A program made the position numbers and the translations under genes. Shown piece after piece: positions 29,122-38,080 of a DNA stretch of 64,000 bases; the stretch's first letter is position 1; each line of letters starts with the position of its first letter. This DNA is from an uncultured Candidatus Bathyarchaeia archaeon (GTDB taxonomy: Archaea > Thermoproteota > Bathyarchaeia > TCS64): the NCBI GenBank assembly GCA_964587735.1, contig CAZPMB010000002.1:1736-65735 (forward strand). The letters are read 5' to 3'. The notes under the pieces were generated by a model. The model saw only the letters and a program-made list of their open reading frames with translations. It was not told the origin of the DNA and ran no database searches.

Positions 29122-32120
29122 GCCTTCACCTCCATGAGGGCGGCCCTCACCTGAGAGAGTATCTCGTCGTCCGTGAAGTGGCCGACCGTTATGGCCCCAG
29201 ACGGGCAAGTTGAGGCGCAGACACCGCAGCCCTTGCACAGCTCCTCTACGACGTGGGAGTGAACCTTACCCTCCTCCTCGACCATCTCGATGGCGTTGAA
29301 CTCGCAGACGCCTTCGCACATCCTGCAGCCTGAGCAGAAGTCCTCGTTAACGCTCGCAATGGCACCCTCCATCTCCAGCGTCTCTTTCGAAAGTATCGTC
29401 ATCGCTCTAGCGGCTGCACCGCAAGCCTGGCTTATGCTCTCGTCAATCGACTTCGGCCCGTGGGCCATCCCACAGAGGAAGACGCCGTCGGTGGCGAAGT
29501 CGAGGGGCCTCAGCTTCATGTGGGCCTCCAAGAAGAACCCATCCTTGCTGAGGGGTACCTTCAGAAGCCCTGCGATCCACCGGTTGTCGGGAGAGGGCAG
29601 GACCCCGGCGCTTAATACCACGGCCTCCGGCTCCATGATCACATTCTCTTTAAGTACCGGGTCCAAGACCTCGACTCTGAGACCGCTCTCTCTTGTGACC
29701 CGAGGCTTGTGCTCGTCATCGTACCGGATGAAGATGACGCCCTTCTTCGCGGCGTCCCTGTAGAAGTCCTCCTTGAATCCATAGGTACGCATGTCCTTGT
29801 AGAGGACGTAGATATCCGCGGCCGGGTTTACCTCCTTTACCTTGAGGGCGTTCTTCACGGCGTCGGTACAGCAGATCCTGGAGCAGTAAGGGCGCTCATC
29901 GCACCTGGAACCGACACACTGGATCATGACCACAGAGCTCGGTTTGAACCCATTCGCTAGTTTCTCCTCTAGCTCAAGCTGGGTCATCACATCCTCATCG
30001 GAGCCATAGAGGTACTCCTTGGGCTCGTACTCGACACCACCGGTGGCGATGACGACGACCCCGTGCTTGACCACCTCCTCGCCCTTCTTGCTGAGCAGCG
30101 TGGTCTCGAAGTTACCAATGTAGCCGCCCACGTCCTCCACCTTCGCGCCTAGGTGGACGTGGATCTTCTTGTTGCCCCTCACCCTGTTCACGAGCTCCCC
30201 CAGCTTCTTCTGAGGGTCAATTCCGCCAAGCGCGAATCTTAACCTCCTCAGGTTGCCACCTAGCTCGCTCTCCTTCTCCACGAGGTGGGTCTTAATGCCC
30301 TGCTCGGCGAGTTCGAGGGCCGCGGTCATGCCCGAGAGGCCCCCCCCAATTACTAGGGCTGCTGGGGTAACCTTGACCTGGGGCTTCTTCAGGGGCTGGA
30401 GGAGCCTGGCCTTGGCGACGGCCATCCTGACCAAGTCCTTCGCCTTCTGGGTGGCCTCCTCTGGCTCCCGCATATGGACCCAGCTGCACTGGTCCCTGAT
30501 GTTCGCCATCTCGAAAAGGTAGGGGTTCAGCCCCGCGTCTTGGAGGGTCGCCCTGAAGAGGGGCTCGTGGGTCCTCGGCGTGCATGAGGCCACTATTACC
30601 CGATTAAGCTTGTGCTCCAGTATCTTCTCCTTGATCTTCTCCTGAGTGTCCTGGGAGCAGGTGTAAAGGTTCCTCTCGGAGTACGCGACGCCGGGCAGGG
30701 TGCCTGCGTACTCTATGACCTCCGGAACGTTAACGACGCCTCCGATGTTGATGCCGCAGTGGCAGACGAAGACTCCAACTCTGGGCTCCTCGCCAGAGAT
30801 GTCCCTCTCGACGGGGTACTCCTCGCTCACAACGAGGGTGCCTCTCACAGAGGCGATCGCCCTCTCCGCCTTAGCTGCGGCCCCACTCGCCTGCGCAACG
30901 CTGTCGGGGATGTCCTTCGGAGAGGCGAATGCCCCGCACACGTAAACGCCTGGACAGGTCGTCTCCAACGGTGTGAAGAGCCCGGTCTTAGCAAATCCGT
31001 GCTCGTTGAGCTCGAAGCCAAGGACCTCGGAAAGCTTCCCAGCGTCTGCCGGTGGGTTCATTCCAACAGAGAGGACCACCATATTGAACCTCTCCCGCTT
31101 CACCTCGCCGTTCTCAACGTAAGTGACGAATAGGTCCTTGGTATCTGGGTCCTGGTCGGTGTGGGAGGCCCTGCTCCTGATGAACCTGACTCCGTGTTCC
31201 TCTTCTGCCCTGGCGTAGTAGTCGTCGAACTCCTTGCCAAAGGCGCGGACGTCCATGAAGAAGATTGAGGGCTTCAGCCCAGGGTTGTGCTCTTCGGCGA
31301 TGACAGCCTCCTTAATGGTGTACATGCAGCAGACGCCGCTGCAGTATGGGTTACCGACCCTCTCGTCCCTGCTGCCAACGCACTGTATAAAAGCAACCTT
31401 CTCAGGTAGCTCGCCATCGGATGGTCTTAGTACAACGCCCCGGTAGGGGCCAGTAGCGCTCAGGATGCGCTCGAACTCGATACTCGTCACGACGTTGGGG
31501 TACCGCCCATAGCCGTACTCTGTGACGATCCTCGGGTCGAACTCCTCAAAGCCGGGGGCGAGGATTATGGACCCGACCTCTAGCTCGACCTCTGAGTCCT
31601 CTTCATCGTAGCGGATAGCATTCGCCTTGCAGACCTCCTTACAGATGCCGCAGCCGAGGCACTTCTCCTTGTCGATAGTGAAGATGAGCGGCACCGCCTG
31701 GGAGTATCGGATGAAGACTCCCCTACGCTTGCTGAGGCCCTCGTTGTACTCGTCTATTGCCGAAGCGGGGCATTTCTGTGCGCAGATTGCGCACCCCGTG
31801 CATTTCTCGGGGTCTACCCTCATCGCCTTCTTTTTGAGAGTCGCCCTGAAGTCGCCCTCCTCCCCCTCCACACTCTTCAGCTCCGAGTAGGGCACGATCT
31901 GGATGTTCGGGTGCCTCCCGGCTCCTACGAGCTTCGGGGCGAGGATGCACATGGCGCAATCATTCGTTGGGAAGGTCTTGTCCAGCTGGGTCATTACCCC
32001 GCCGATGCTCGGCTCCTTCTCCACCAGATATACCTTGAATCCCGAGTCAGCCAGGTCCAGGCTCGCCTGTATGCCGGCTATGCCCCCACCGACGACCATC
32101 ACCGCACCGACTTTCCTCAT
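29118..32120 (-). CDS. hdrA: Tandem HdrA fusion: FAD-domain-only HdrA' fused in frame to a full-length HdrA (1000 aa)
   Basis: Two Rossmann FAD motifs (VVGGGIAGIQAS near the N-terminus; IGGGLSGMTAA near residue 580). The central VFVCHCGINIGG...CSWVH HdrA N-domain lies between them. The two halves are paralogous to the adjacent split pair at 34596..35918 and 32893..34593. Confidence 0.8.
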   Translation of the reverse strand: MRKVGAVMVVGGGIAGIQASLDLADSGFKVYLVEKEPSIGGVMTQLDKTFPTNDCAMCILAPKLVGAGRHPNIQIVPYSELKSVEGEEGDFRATLKKKAMRVDPEKCTGCAICAQKCPASAIDEYNEGLSKRRGVFIRYSQAVPLIFTIDKEKCLGCGICKEVCKANAIRYDEEDSEVELEVGSIILAPGFEEFDPRIVTEYGYGRYPNVVTSIEFERILSATGPYRGVVLRPSDGELPEKVAFIQCVGSRDERVGNPYCSGVCCMYTIKEAVIAEEHNPGLKPSIFFMDVRAFGKEFDDYYARAEEEHGVRFIRSRASHTDQDPDTKDLFVTYVENGEVKRERFNMVVLSVGMNPPADAGKLSEVLGFELNEHGFAKTGLFTPLETTCPGVYVCGAFASPKDIPDSVAQASGAAAKAERAIASVRGTLVVSEEYPVERDISGEEPRVGVFVCHCGINIGGVVNVPEVIEYAGTLPGVAYSERNLYTCSQDTQEKIKEKILEHKLNRVIVASCTPRTHEPLFRATLQDAGLNPYLFEMANIRDQCSWVHMREPEEATQKAKDLVRMAVAKARLLQPLKKPQVKVTPAALVIGGGLSGMTAALELAEQGIKTHLVEKESELGGNLRRLRFALGGIDPQKKLGELVNRVRGNKKIHVHLGAKVEDVGGYIGNFETTLLSKKGEEVVKHGVVVIATGGVEYEPKEYLYGSDEDVMTQLELEEKLANGFKPSSVVMIQCVGSRCDERPYCSRICCTDAVKNALKVKEVNPAADIYVLYKDMRTYGFKEDFYRDAAKKGVIFIRYDDEHKPRVTRESGLRVEVLDPVLKENVIMEPEAVVLSAGVLPSPDNRWIAGLLKVPLSKDGFFLEAHMKLRPLDFATDGVFLCGMAHGPKSIDESISQACGAAARAMTILSKETLEMEGAIASVNEDFCSGCRMCEGVCEFNAIEMVEEEGKVHSHVVEELCKGCGVCASTCPSGAITVGHFTDDEILSQVRAALMEVKA

Positions 32121-32896
32121 TCCGACACCTCCATCGCCGCGTAGATGGGAGAACTCCCTCGTATCTCTTGGACATCAACCCAGCCCAGCTGACGCATCGC
32201 CACTATATGTTCTAGGACCTTTTTGGAGTCAATGCCCAGCTTCTTCGAGAGCTCCTTGACCGAGGAGGGCTCTTGGAGAAGGGAGAGGCGGATCTTCTGG
32301 TGAACATACTCGCTTTCTAAGGCCTCGTCCATCACCTCGTCGAACTCGCCCTTCGCGACAGGCTCCCCATAGATGTTCCCTTCCTTGACGAGCTTCTCCT
32401 CCTTCCCCACAAGGGCCCTGAGCCTGTAGTTCTCAGCAGCAGCCTTCGCCGCCCTGAGGTTGAGAAGCAGCCCGGGGTCCGGTGAGTCGCCGGAGACAGA
32501 TGACGGGCCCAGCCCTCTGACCTTTTCTATGAAAGCTCCTACTTGGTCCGCGAACTTTTGACCCTCTGAGGCGAATATATACTCCAGAGCAAGCCTCTCG
32601 GGCTCGAAGCCTGCCTTCTCCAGTAGCCTCCTCGTAAAGTGGTACTTAGTTTCGACCTGCTCGTGGTTCCTGATGTAGTTGCAGCCGCCGAGTGTGCAAG
32701 TTGTGATCATGACGCCGTCGATCCCCTCCGAGAAGACCCTTAGCAGCATAGAGGGGTCAATCCTCCTACAACACATGACCCGGAGGAAGCGGATATTGGG
32801 GGGGTACTGGATCCTGCTGATCCCAGCCAGGTCGGCTACTGCATATCCGCAACAGTTGCACAGGAAACCTATCAGGCGCGGCTCGTACTCGGTCAT
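32117..32896 (-). CDS. MvhD domain fused to a C-terminal winged-helix-like domain
   Basis: N-terminal 135 aa is canonical MvhD (GFLCNCCGYAVADLAG, MCCRR, TCTLGGCNY). The C-terminal 120 aa carries SSVKELSKKLGIDSKKVLEHIVAMRQLGWV, which is HTH/wH-like. Confidence 0.7.
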   Translation of the reverse strand: MTEYEPRLIGFLCNCCGYAVADLAGISRIQYPPNIRFLRVMCCRRIDPSMLLRVFSEGIDGVMITTCTLGGCNYIRNHEQVETKYHFTRRLLEKAGFEPERLALEYIFASEGQKFADQVGAFIEKVRGLGPSSVSGDSPDPGLLLNLRAAKAAAENYRLRALVGKEEKLVKEGNIYGEPVAKGEFDEVMDEALESEYVHQKIRLSLLQEPSSVKELSKKLGIDSKKVLEHIVAMRQLGWVDVQEIRGSSPIYAAMEVSE

Positions 32897-34593
32897 TTTC
32901 CGGACCTCCCATCCACGGCGGCGAGGATCTGCGCCTCAAGCTGATCGTCAGTGAAGTGATGTATCGTTATGGCCCTCTCGGGGCAGCTTGCTGCACACAC
33001 GCCACAGCCACCGCAAAGGGAGCTATCGGCCCTCGAGATCCCGAGCTCGTCCTTGCGGATTGCGTTGTAGGGGCAGAGCTCTATGCAGATCCCACATCCG
33101 CTGCACTTCTTCTCGTCGATATCGGCGAAAGCCGCCCCCCTGCCTCGTCTGCGACTGAACCTGTTCTCCGCCGCCTTCGAACCGACGCCGAGCCCTTCGG
33201 ATATGCTCTCAACGGCGTCCTTAGGCGCCCGGGCGGTACCGCAAACGTAGACACCCTCTGTCGCGAAGTCTAGGGGACTCAGCTGGTGGGCCTCTTTAAA
33301 GAATCCGAAGGCGTCTAGGGGGAGCCTAAGCATCTCGGACATCTCCTGCGCCCCCTCTGCCGGCACAAGGGGTGTGGAAAGGACTACGAGGTCCGCGTTG
33401 AATTCCATCTCCTCGTTTATCGTTGGACTTAACACCCTGACCGCAACGCCTTCCTCACCTGGCGTCACAATGGGGGGCGTGTCGTCCTTGTACTTGATCA
33501 GCTTCACCCCTTTTCTCTTGGTGTTCAGCTCTAGAGCCGAGGACTCGATGCCGTAGGTCTGGAGGTCTTTGTATACGATGTAGATGTCCGTGTCCCTGCT
33601 CAGATCCCTGAGGATCTGGGCGTTTTTGAGGGCCGTGTTGCAGCAGATCCTCGAACAGTATGGACGCTCCTCACAGCGGGAGCCTGCGCACTGGATCATC
33701 ACAACCGTACGGACCCCGTCCAAGCTCCCGTTCTTCAGCATCTCCTCGAGTTCAAGCTGAGTTATTATCCTCTCGTCCCTACCATAACCATAAAGGCCCT
33801 TGGGTCTGAGTATGTCCGATCCTGTAGCCACGATAATCCTGCCCACGTTGAAGGCCCTCTTTTCAGCCCCCTTTGACTCGACCTCGATGTCGAAGCTGCC
33901 GATGGCTCCTGTTACGGATTTAACCCTCGATGATTTGTGGACCTCGATGTTCGGATTGTTCTCCACCGACCTGAGTAAGTGCTCAAGGACCTCGGAGCTG
34001 TCCCTCATCGTGGGGGAGAGCTTGTGAAGGCTCTTGAGCATACCGCCGAGCTCCGCTTGCTTCTCGACGAGGTGAACGTGGAACCCGAGGTCCGCCAGTG
34101 AGAGCGATGACGACATTCCCGATATCCCACCGCCCATCACGAGGACGTTCGGGTTCTGCTTTACCTCCGGGTCCTCCCAAGGGCTCAGAAGGCGGGCCTT
34201 TGCCACGGCCATCCTCACGAGGCCCTTCGCCTTATCCGTTGCCTTCCCTGGCTCCTCCCTGTGTACCCAGCTGCACTGCTCACGGATATTCGCCATCTCA
34301 ACGAGGTACTTGTTCAAGCCAGCCCTATTGAGGGCCGACTGGAATACAGCCTCGTGGGTCCTCGGCGTACATGCTGCTACGACGACCTTCTCAAGGTTAT
34401 TCTTCCTGATGGCGTCTTCGATCCTCTCTAGCCCGGTTGTCGAGCAAGCAAAGGCGTTCTCTTCGATATGGGCCACCCCAGGAATGCCCTTAGCATACTC
34501 GACCAGTTCGGGCACATCAACTACTCCGCCAATGTCTTTACCACACCGGCAGACGAATACGCCGACCCGTGGACTTGCGACGTTCTCTGACAT
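32893..34593 (-). CDS. hdrA: Heterodisulfide reductase subunit A (full length: N-domain, FAD domain, ferredoxins)
   Basis: VGVFVCRCGKDIGG...CSWVH N-domain, MGGGISGMSS FAD motif, C-terminal CSGCGICIELCP/CGGCGVCAASCP. Confidence 0.85.
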   Translation of the reverse strand: MSENVASPRVGVFVCRCGKDIGGVVDVPELVEYAKGIPGVAHIEENAFACSTTGLERIEDAIRKNNLEKVVVAACTPRTHEAVFQSALNRAGLNKYLVEMANIREQCSWVHREEPGKATDKAKGLVRMAVAKARLLSPWEDPEVKQNPNVLVMGGGISGMSSSLSLADLGFHVHLVEKQAELGGMLKSLHKLSPTMRDSSEVLEHLLRSVENNPNIEVHKSSRVKSVTGAIGSFDIEVESKGAEKRAFNVGRIIVATGSDILRPKGLYGYGRDERIITQLELEEMLKNGSLDGVRTVVMIQCAGSRCEERPYCSRICCNTALKNAQILRDLSRDTDIYIVYKDLQTYGIESSALELNTKRKGVKLIKYKDDTPPIVTPGEEGVAVRVLSPTINEEMEFNADLVVLSTPLVPAEGAQEMSEMLRLPLDAFGFFKEAHQLSPLDFATEGVYVCGTARAPKDAVESISEGLGVGSKAAENRFSRRRGRGAAFADIDEKKCSGCGICIELCPYNAIRKDELGISRADSSLCGGCGVCAASCPERAITIHHFTDDQLEAQILAAVDGRSGK

Positions 34594-34595
34594 AA

Positions 34596-35918
34596 TCAGC
34601 CCCCCCGACCTCCTGTTGCGATTCGGATGTCACTGACTGCCTTCAGCGCCACGGCACTCGCCTCGGTCACCGAGTCGGAGATGTCCCTGGGCCCATGGCT
34701 GCAGCCGCAGACGTAAATCCCCTCCCTAGTGGTCTCCAGGGGACCGAGAAATGGGTCCTCGACCCTAAAAAAGCCAAACTCATCCAAATCAACGCCTAAG
34801 GCTCCAGCGAGCCTGACGTTCTCGAACCTTGGGAGAACAGCAGCCGAGAGGATGGCCATGTCTACCTCCTTCCTCCCTATCTCACCGGTGTCGGTGTTCT
34901 CGTACCAGACGTACAGGTCCTTCGTGATGGGGTTCTCCCTGATCTCTCCGGGCTTGCCCCTGATGTAATCTACGCCGAGCTCATCCCGGGCCCTGTTGAC
35001 GAGACCCTGATAGTCCCTGCCAAAGGCTTTGACGTCTATGTAGAAGACATAAATCTCAGAGCTTGGGTACTTCTCCTTCACCGTGACCGCCTCCTTGGCC
35101 GTGTACATGCAGCATATGCCCGAGCAATAGGGGACGCCCACTCCTTCCCTGTGGCTCCTAGAGCCTACGCATTGGACAAAGGCCACCCTCTTGGCGAGCT
35201 TTCCATCCGACGGGCGCTCCAGCTCGCCGCCTGTGGGACCATACGGAGAGATGAGTCTCTCGAACTCTAGGGATGTGATCACGTTCTCGTACCGGTTATA
35301 CCCGTATTCCCCCATCTCCGTAGGGTCGTACTGCTGAAAACCTGTGGCGATGATGATAGAGGAGGCGTTAAGTGTACTCACCCTCACGCCCTCCTCCAAC
35401 CTGATGGCGTCGACCGGGCAGGCCTTCTCACAGGCCCTGCAGCCGCCGCCCTTGAAGTGATTGCAGGCCCCCTCATCTATTGAGGGCGCGTAGGGAACCG
35501 CCTGGGGAAACGGGATGTAGACGGCCTTCCGGGACTCGAACCCCGTCTGGAAATCGTCAGGGACGGTGGCAGGGCAGATCTCGACGCAGGTACCGCACCT
35601 TGTGCACCTAGATGGGTCTACGTGTCTCGGCCTCTGGACAACCCTCACTGCGAAGCGCCCTTTCGAGCCGTCGACGTCGACGACCTCTGATAGGGTGTGA
35701 ACCTCTATGTTGGGATGCCTATAGCACTCGATCATCTTGGGCTCTAGGATGCAGATGCAGCAGTTCATGGTGGGGAAGGTCTTGTCCAGCTGCGCCATGA
35801 CGCCCCCGACGTAGGGGGCCTTCTCTACGATGTGGACATGGATCCCCTGGTTCGCCAGGCTGAGGGATGCCTGCAGGCCGGCCACGCCCCCGCCTATCAC
35901 TAAGACGCTCCCTTCCAA
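34596..35918 (-). CDS. HdrA-like FAD/ferredoxin protein lacking the HdrA N-terminal Cys domain (HdrA')
   Basis: Starts directly at VLVIGGGVAGLQAS (FAD). Has an inserted 2x[4Fe-4S] ferredoxin (CTRCGTCVEICP; CRACEKACP). 440 aa. Paralogous to the first half of the 1000-aa fusion. Confidence 0.8.
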   Translation of the reverse strand: MEGSVLVIGGGVAGLQASLSLANQGIHVHIVEKAPYVGGVMAQLDKTFPTMNCCICILEPKMIECYRHPNIEVHTLSEVVDVDGSKGRFAVRVVQRPRHVDPSRCTRCGTCVEICPATVPDDFQTGFESRKAVYIPFPQAVPYAPSIDEGACNHFKGGGCRACEKACPVDAIRLEEGVRVSTLNASSIIIATGFQQYDPTEMGEYGYNRYENVITSLEFERLISPYGPTGGELERPSDGKLAKRVAFVQCVGSRSHREGVGVPYCSGICCMYTAKEAVTVKEKYPSSEIYVFYIDVKAFGRDYQGLVNRARDELGVDYIRGKPGEIRENPITKDLYVWYENTDTGEIGRKEVDMAILSAAVLPRFENVRLAGALGVDLDEFGFFRVEDPFLGPLETTREGIYVCGCSHGPRDISDSVTEASAVALKAVSDIRIATGGRGG

Positions 35919-35920
35919 CG

Positions 35921-36802
35921 CTACCCCTCCAGTACCTTCTCTAGCACGAAGTCTATCGGGCTTAGGTTCAGGTCGAGCCCAAGCTTCTCTGGCCCAAGCC
36001 CCATTGCGAGGCCAAGCAGCTGTGTATAATAGAATACCGGTACCTCTAGGGACCTGTCCCCCATTGCTGCTTGAATTGCCCTCTGCCTGTTGTCGAAGAC
36101 CTTAAAGCAGAATGGGCAGACGGTGACAAGGCCATCGAACCCGAACTTCCTTACGGACTGGAGCTTCTCCCCTGCGATGAGAAGTGTGGTCTTTCCTGAG
36201 GCAATCGCCAAAGATGAGCCGCAGCAGTCGGTTTTCTCTGGGTAATCCATCACATCGGAGCCGAGGGCTCTCATCAGGTCATCGAGCTTCTGGGGGTTCT
36301 CCGGGTCGTCCGTATGCTTCAGCTCCCCGCCCCTTATTGCGTGGCAGCCAGGATGGGTCGCGAACTTCAGGCCCTTTATTGGCCTGATCACGCTGGCTCC
36401 TATCGTGTCGACTCCTACGATGTCGTGAAGGATCTCAAGTATGTGTACTATTCTCACGCTCCCCGTGTATGTCAGCCCTTCCTTTTTCAGATCCTTATTG
36501 ATGGAATCCCTAGTCCTCGGGTTGACCTCAAGGTGGTGTTTGGTCTCCGCGAAGGACATGTGGCAACCATTGCAGAGGGGGAAGAGATCCAGTCTTAGGC
36601 CTTCCGCGATCGCCATGTTTCGCGCTGAGAGATAGTACCAAGCCGACGGGTAAACGCTGCTGAATGCCGGGAACCCGCAGCAGCTGGTCCCCTCCATGTC
36701 GACAAGCTCGACGCCGATCCTGGGCAGCACCTCCCTGACCGAGGCCTCGTATCCGAACTGCTCAGTCTGAACTGTGCAACCCGGATAAAACGCGTACTTC
36801 AA
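35921..36802 (-). CDS. hdrB: Heterodisulfide reductase subunit B
   Basis: TSCCGFP and TDCCGSS CCG motifs. Confidence 0.85.
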   Translation of the reverse strand: MKYAFYPGCTVQTEQFGYEASVREVLPRIGVELVDMEGTSCCGFPAFSSVYPSAWYYLSARNMAIAEGLRLDLFPLCNGCHMSFAETKHHLEVNPRTRDSINKDLKKEGLTYTGSVRIVHILEILHDIVGVDTIGASVIRPIKGLKFATHPGCHAIRGGELKHTDDPENPQKLDDLMRALGSDVMDYPEKTDCCGSSLAIASGKTTLLIAGEKLQSVRKFGFDGLVTVCPFCFKVFDNRQRAIQAAMGDRSLEVPVFYYTQLLGLAMGLGPEKLGLDLNLSPIDFVLEKVLEG

Positions 36803-36814
36803 TACCAGACCCTC

Positions 36815-37327
36815 CTATGAAAGCTTCTTCAGGTTCTCGTGGAACGCTTCCATGTCCTTAGGCTTCTCCACTGGGGGCAGCCCAAGAGACTTCCTGTCGT
36901 GCCTGCCGCCCTTCCTGGCCCGGACCTGCTGGGGCTCGCCGGAAATCCCTTTCTCCACGACGGTCCTGATGAAGTCATCGTAGCCTGAGGGGTGCTCGTA
37001 GCCCGCCCGGTACGCCAGAGTTCTGAGCACCAGTATAACGTCGTAGGGGGAGATCTGCTCGGGGCACCTCTCCTTGCACTTTAGGCAGGAGGTACAGGTC
37101 CATAGCAACTCCGACTTGAGGAGCTCCCCCAACTTCCCGAGGGAGACCTTCGAGATGAGCTGACGGGGGTTGAACCCTTCGATGTACTTCGACACGGGGC
37201 ACGCTGAGGAGCACTTGCCGCACTGGTCACACACCTCGGCAGTCTCGCTCACGGCCCTCTGGAGCAGTGTGGTGATGAACTCTTCCTGCTGATCCCTGAT
37301 CTCGCCCAAACTAGGTCCCTGTTTCAC
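36815..37327 (-). CDS. hdrC: Heterodisulfide reductase subunit C
   Basis: CDQCGKCSSACP and CTSCLKCKERCP motifs. First gene of the 12-gene minus-strand operon. Confidence 0.8.
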   Translation of the reverse strand: MKQGPSLGEIRDQQEEFITTLLQRAVSETAEVCDQCGKCSSACPVSKYIEGFNPRQLISKVSLGKLGELLKSELLWTCTSCLKCKERCPEQISPYDVILVLRTLAYRAGYEHPSGYDDFIRTVVEKGISGEPQQVRARKGGRHDRKSLGLPPVEKPKDMEAFHENLKKLS

Positions 37328-37597
37328 TCTTTTTAAAAGGAATTTTCATTAAATATGCAAAAATGAATGTTTTTAACAATCATCAGGCACTTCCCGCGAC
37401 TCTTCTTACCTCCTTGCCGGGTGAATTTAAATCTTACCTGATAGCAGAAAGAATTAAATTCGACTTTTATAGTGATTATTTCATAACAAAATAAAAAAAG
37501 ATAATGTATGTAACATGATGATCAATCTTGAAGGGAATGTTTTTTTTATAGTATCTAGAGTAAATAACCAGTAAATTCTCGGGGTGGATGAAGCGGC
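37328..37597. promoter_or_regulatory. 270-bp AT-rich divergent promoter region between the two hdr operons, with candidate TATA boxes on both strands and GAATT(T)AAAT(T)C-like repeated motifs
   Basis: GC far below the genome average. TTTTTATA at 37543..37550 about 48 nt upstream of the plus hdrC. ctttttaaaagg/attaaatatg near the minus hdrC start. gaatttaaatc (37423..37433) and near-palindromic gaattaaattc (37451..37461). Confidence 0.5.
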
Positions 37598-38080
37598 ATG
37601 GTTACGTCGAGGGAGCTCTTAAGCAGGTTAGTCGACGAGAAAAAGCTCACCTACTGCGAAAATTGCGGTATGTGCACTGCCAGCTGCCCCCTCGCTAGGG
37701 CGATCCCAGAGATCTACAACCCAAGAGTTCTTCTGCAGAGGGTGATCTTCGATCTGGACGAACTCATCAAGAGCGAGGAGTTCTGGCTGTGCGCATGGTG
37801 CTACAGATGCACGGAGAGATGCCCCCAGGGCATACAGCCGACAGAGATATTCCTCCTCACCAGGAACTTTGCGGTGGAGAAAGGACACGTGCCGAACAAC
37901 CCCAAGGCGATCATGAGGGAGATCATAAGATCAGGTAGATCGATACCCGTCTTCGAGGACTTCGACGACTGGCGGGAGGACTATGGCTTGCCCCCGATCG
38001 GACCCACCATCTCGAAGGAAGCCCTGGAGGAGCAGAGGAAGATAATGGGAGAAGAGTTCTTGAGGAGGCTACAGGGTTGA
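37598..38080 (+). CDS. hdrC: Heterodisulfide reductase subunit C
   Basis: CENCGMCTASCP and CAWCYRCTERCP motifs. GGGGTGGA Shine-Dalgarno-like sequence upstream. Confidence 0.8.
   Translation: MVTSRELLSRLVDEKKLTYCENCGMCTASCPLARAIPEIYNPRVLLQRVIFDLDELIKSEEFWLCAWCYRCTERCPQGIQPTEIFLLTRNFAVEKGHVPNNPKAIMREIIRSGRSIPVFEDFDDWREDYGLPPIGPTISKEALEEQRKIMGEEFLRRLQG

Noticed and set aside
24872-37327. Possible selenocysteine (in-frame TGA) in hdrA, mvhD and mvhA, as in Methanococcales
   Set aside because: All these ORFs are uninterrupted and encode Cys at the positions that are Sec in selenoprotein versions (for example CNWC in MvhD). They are Cys-type enzymes.
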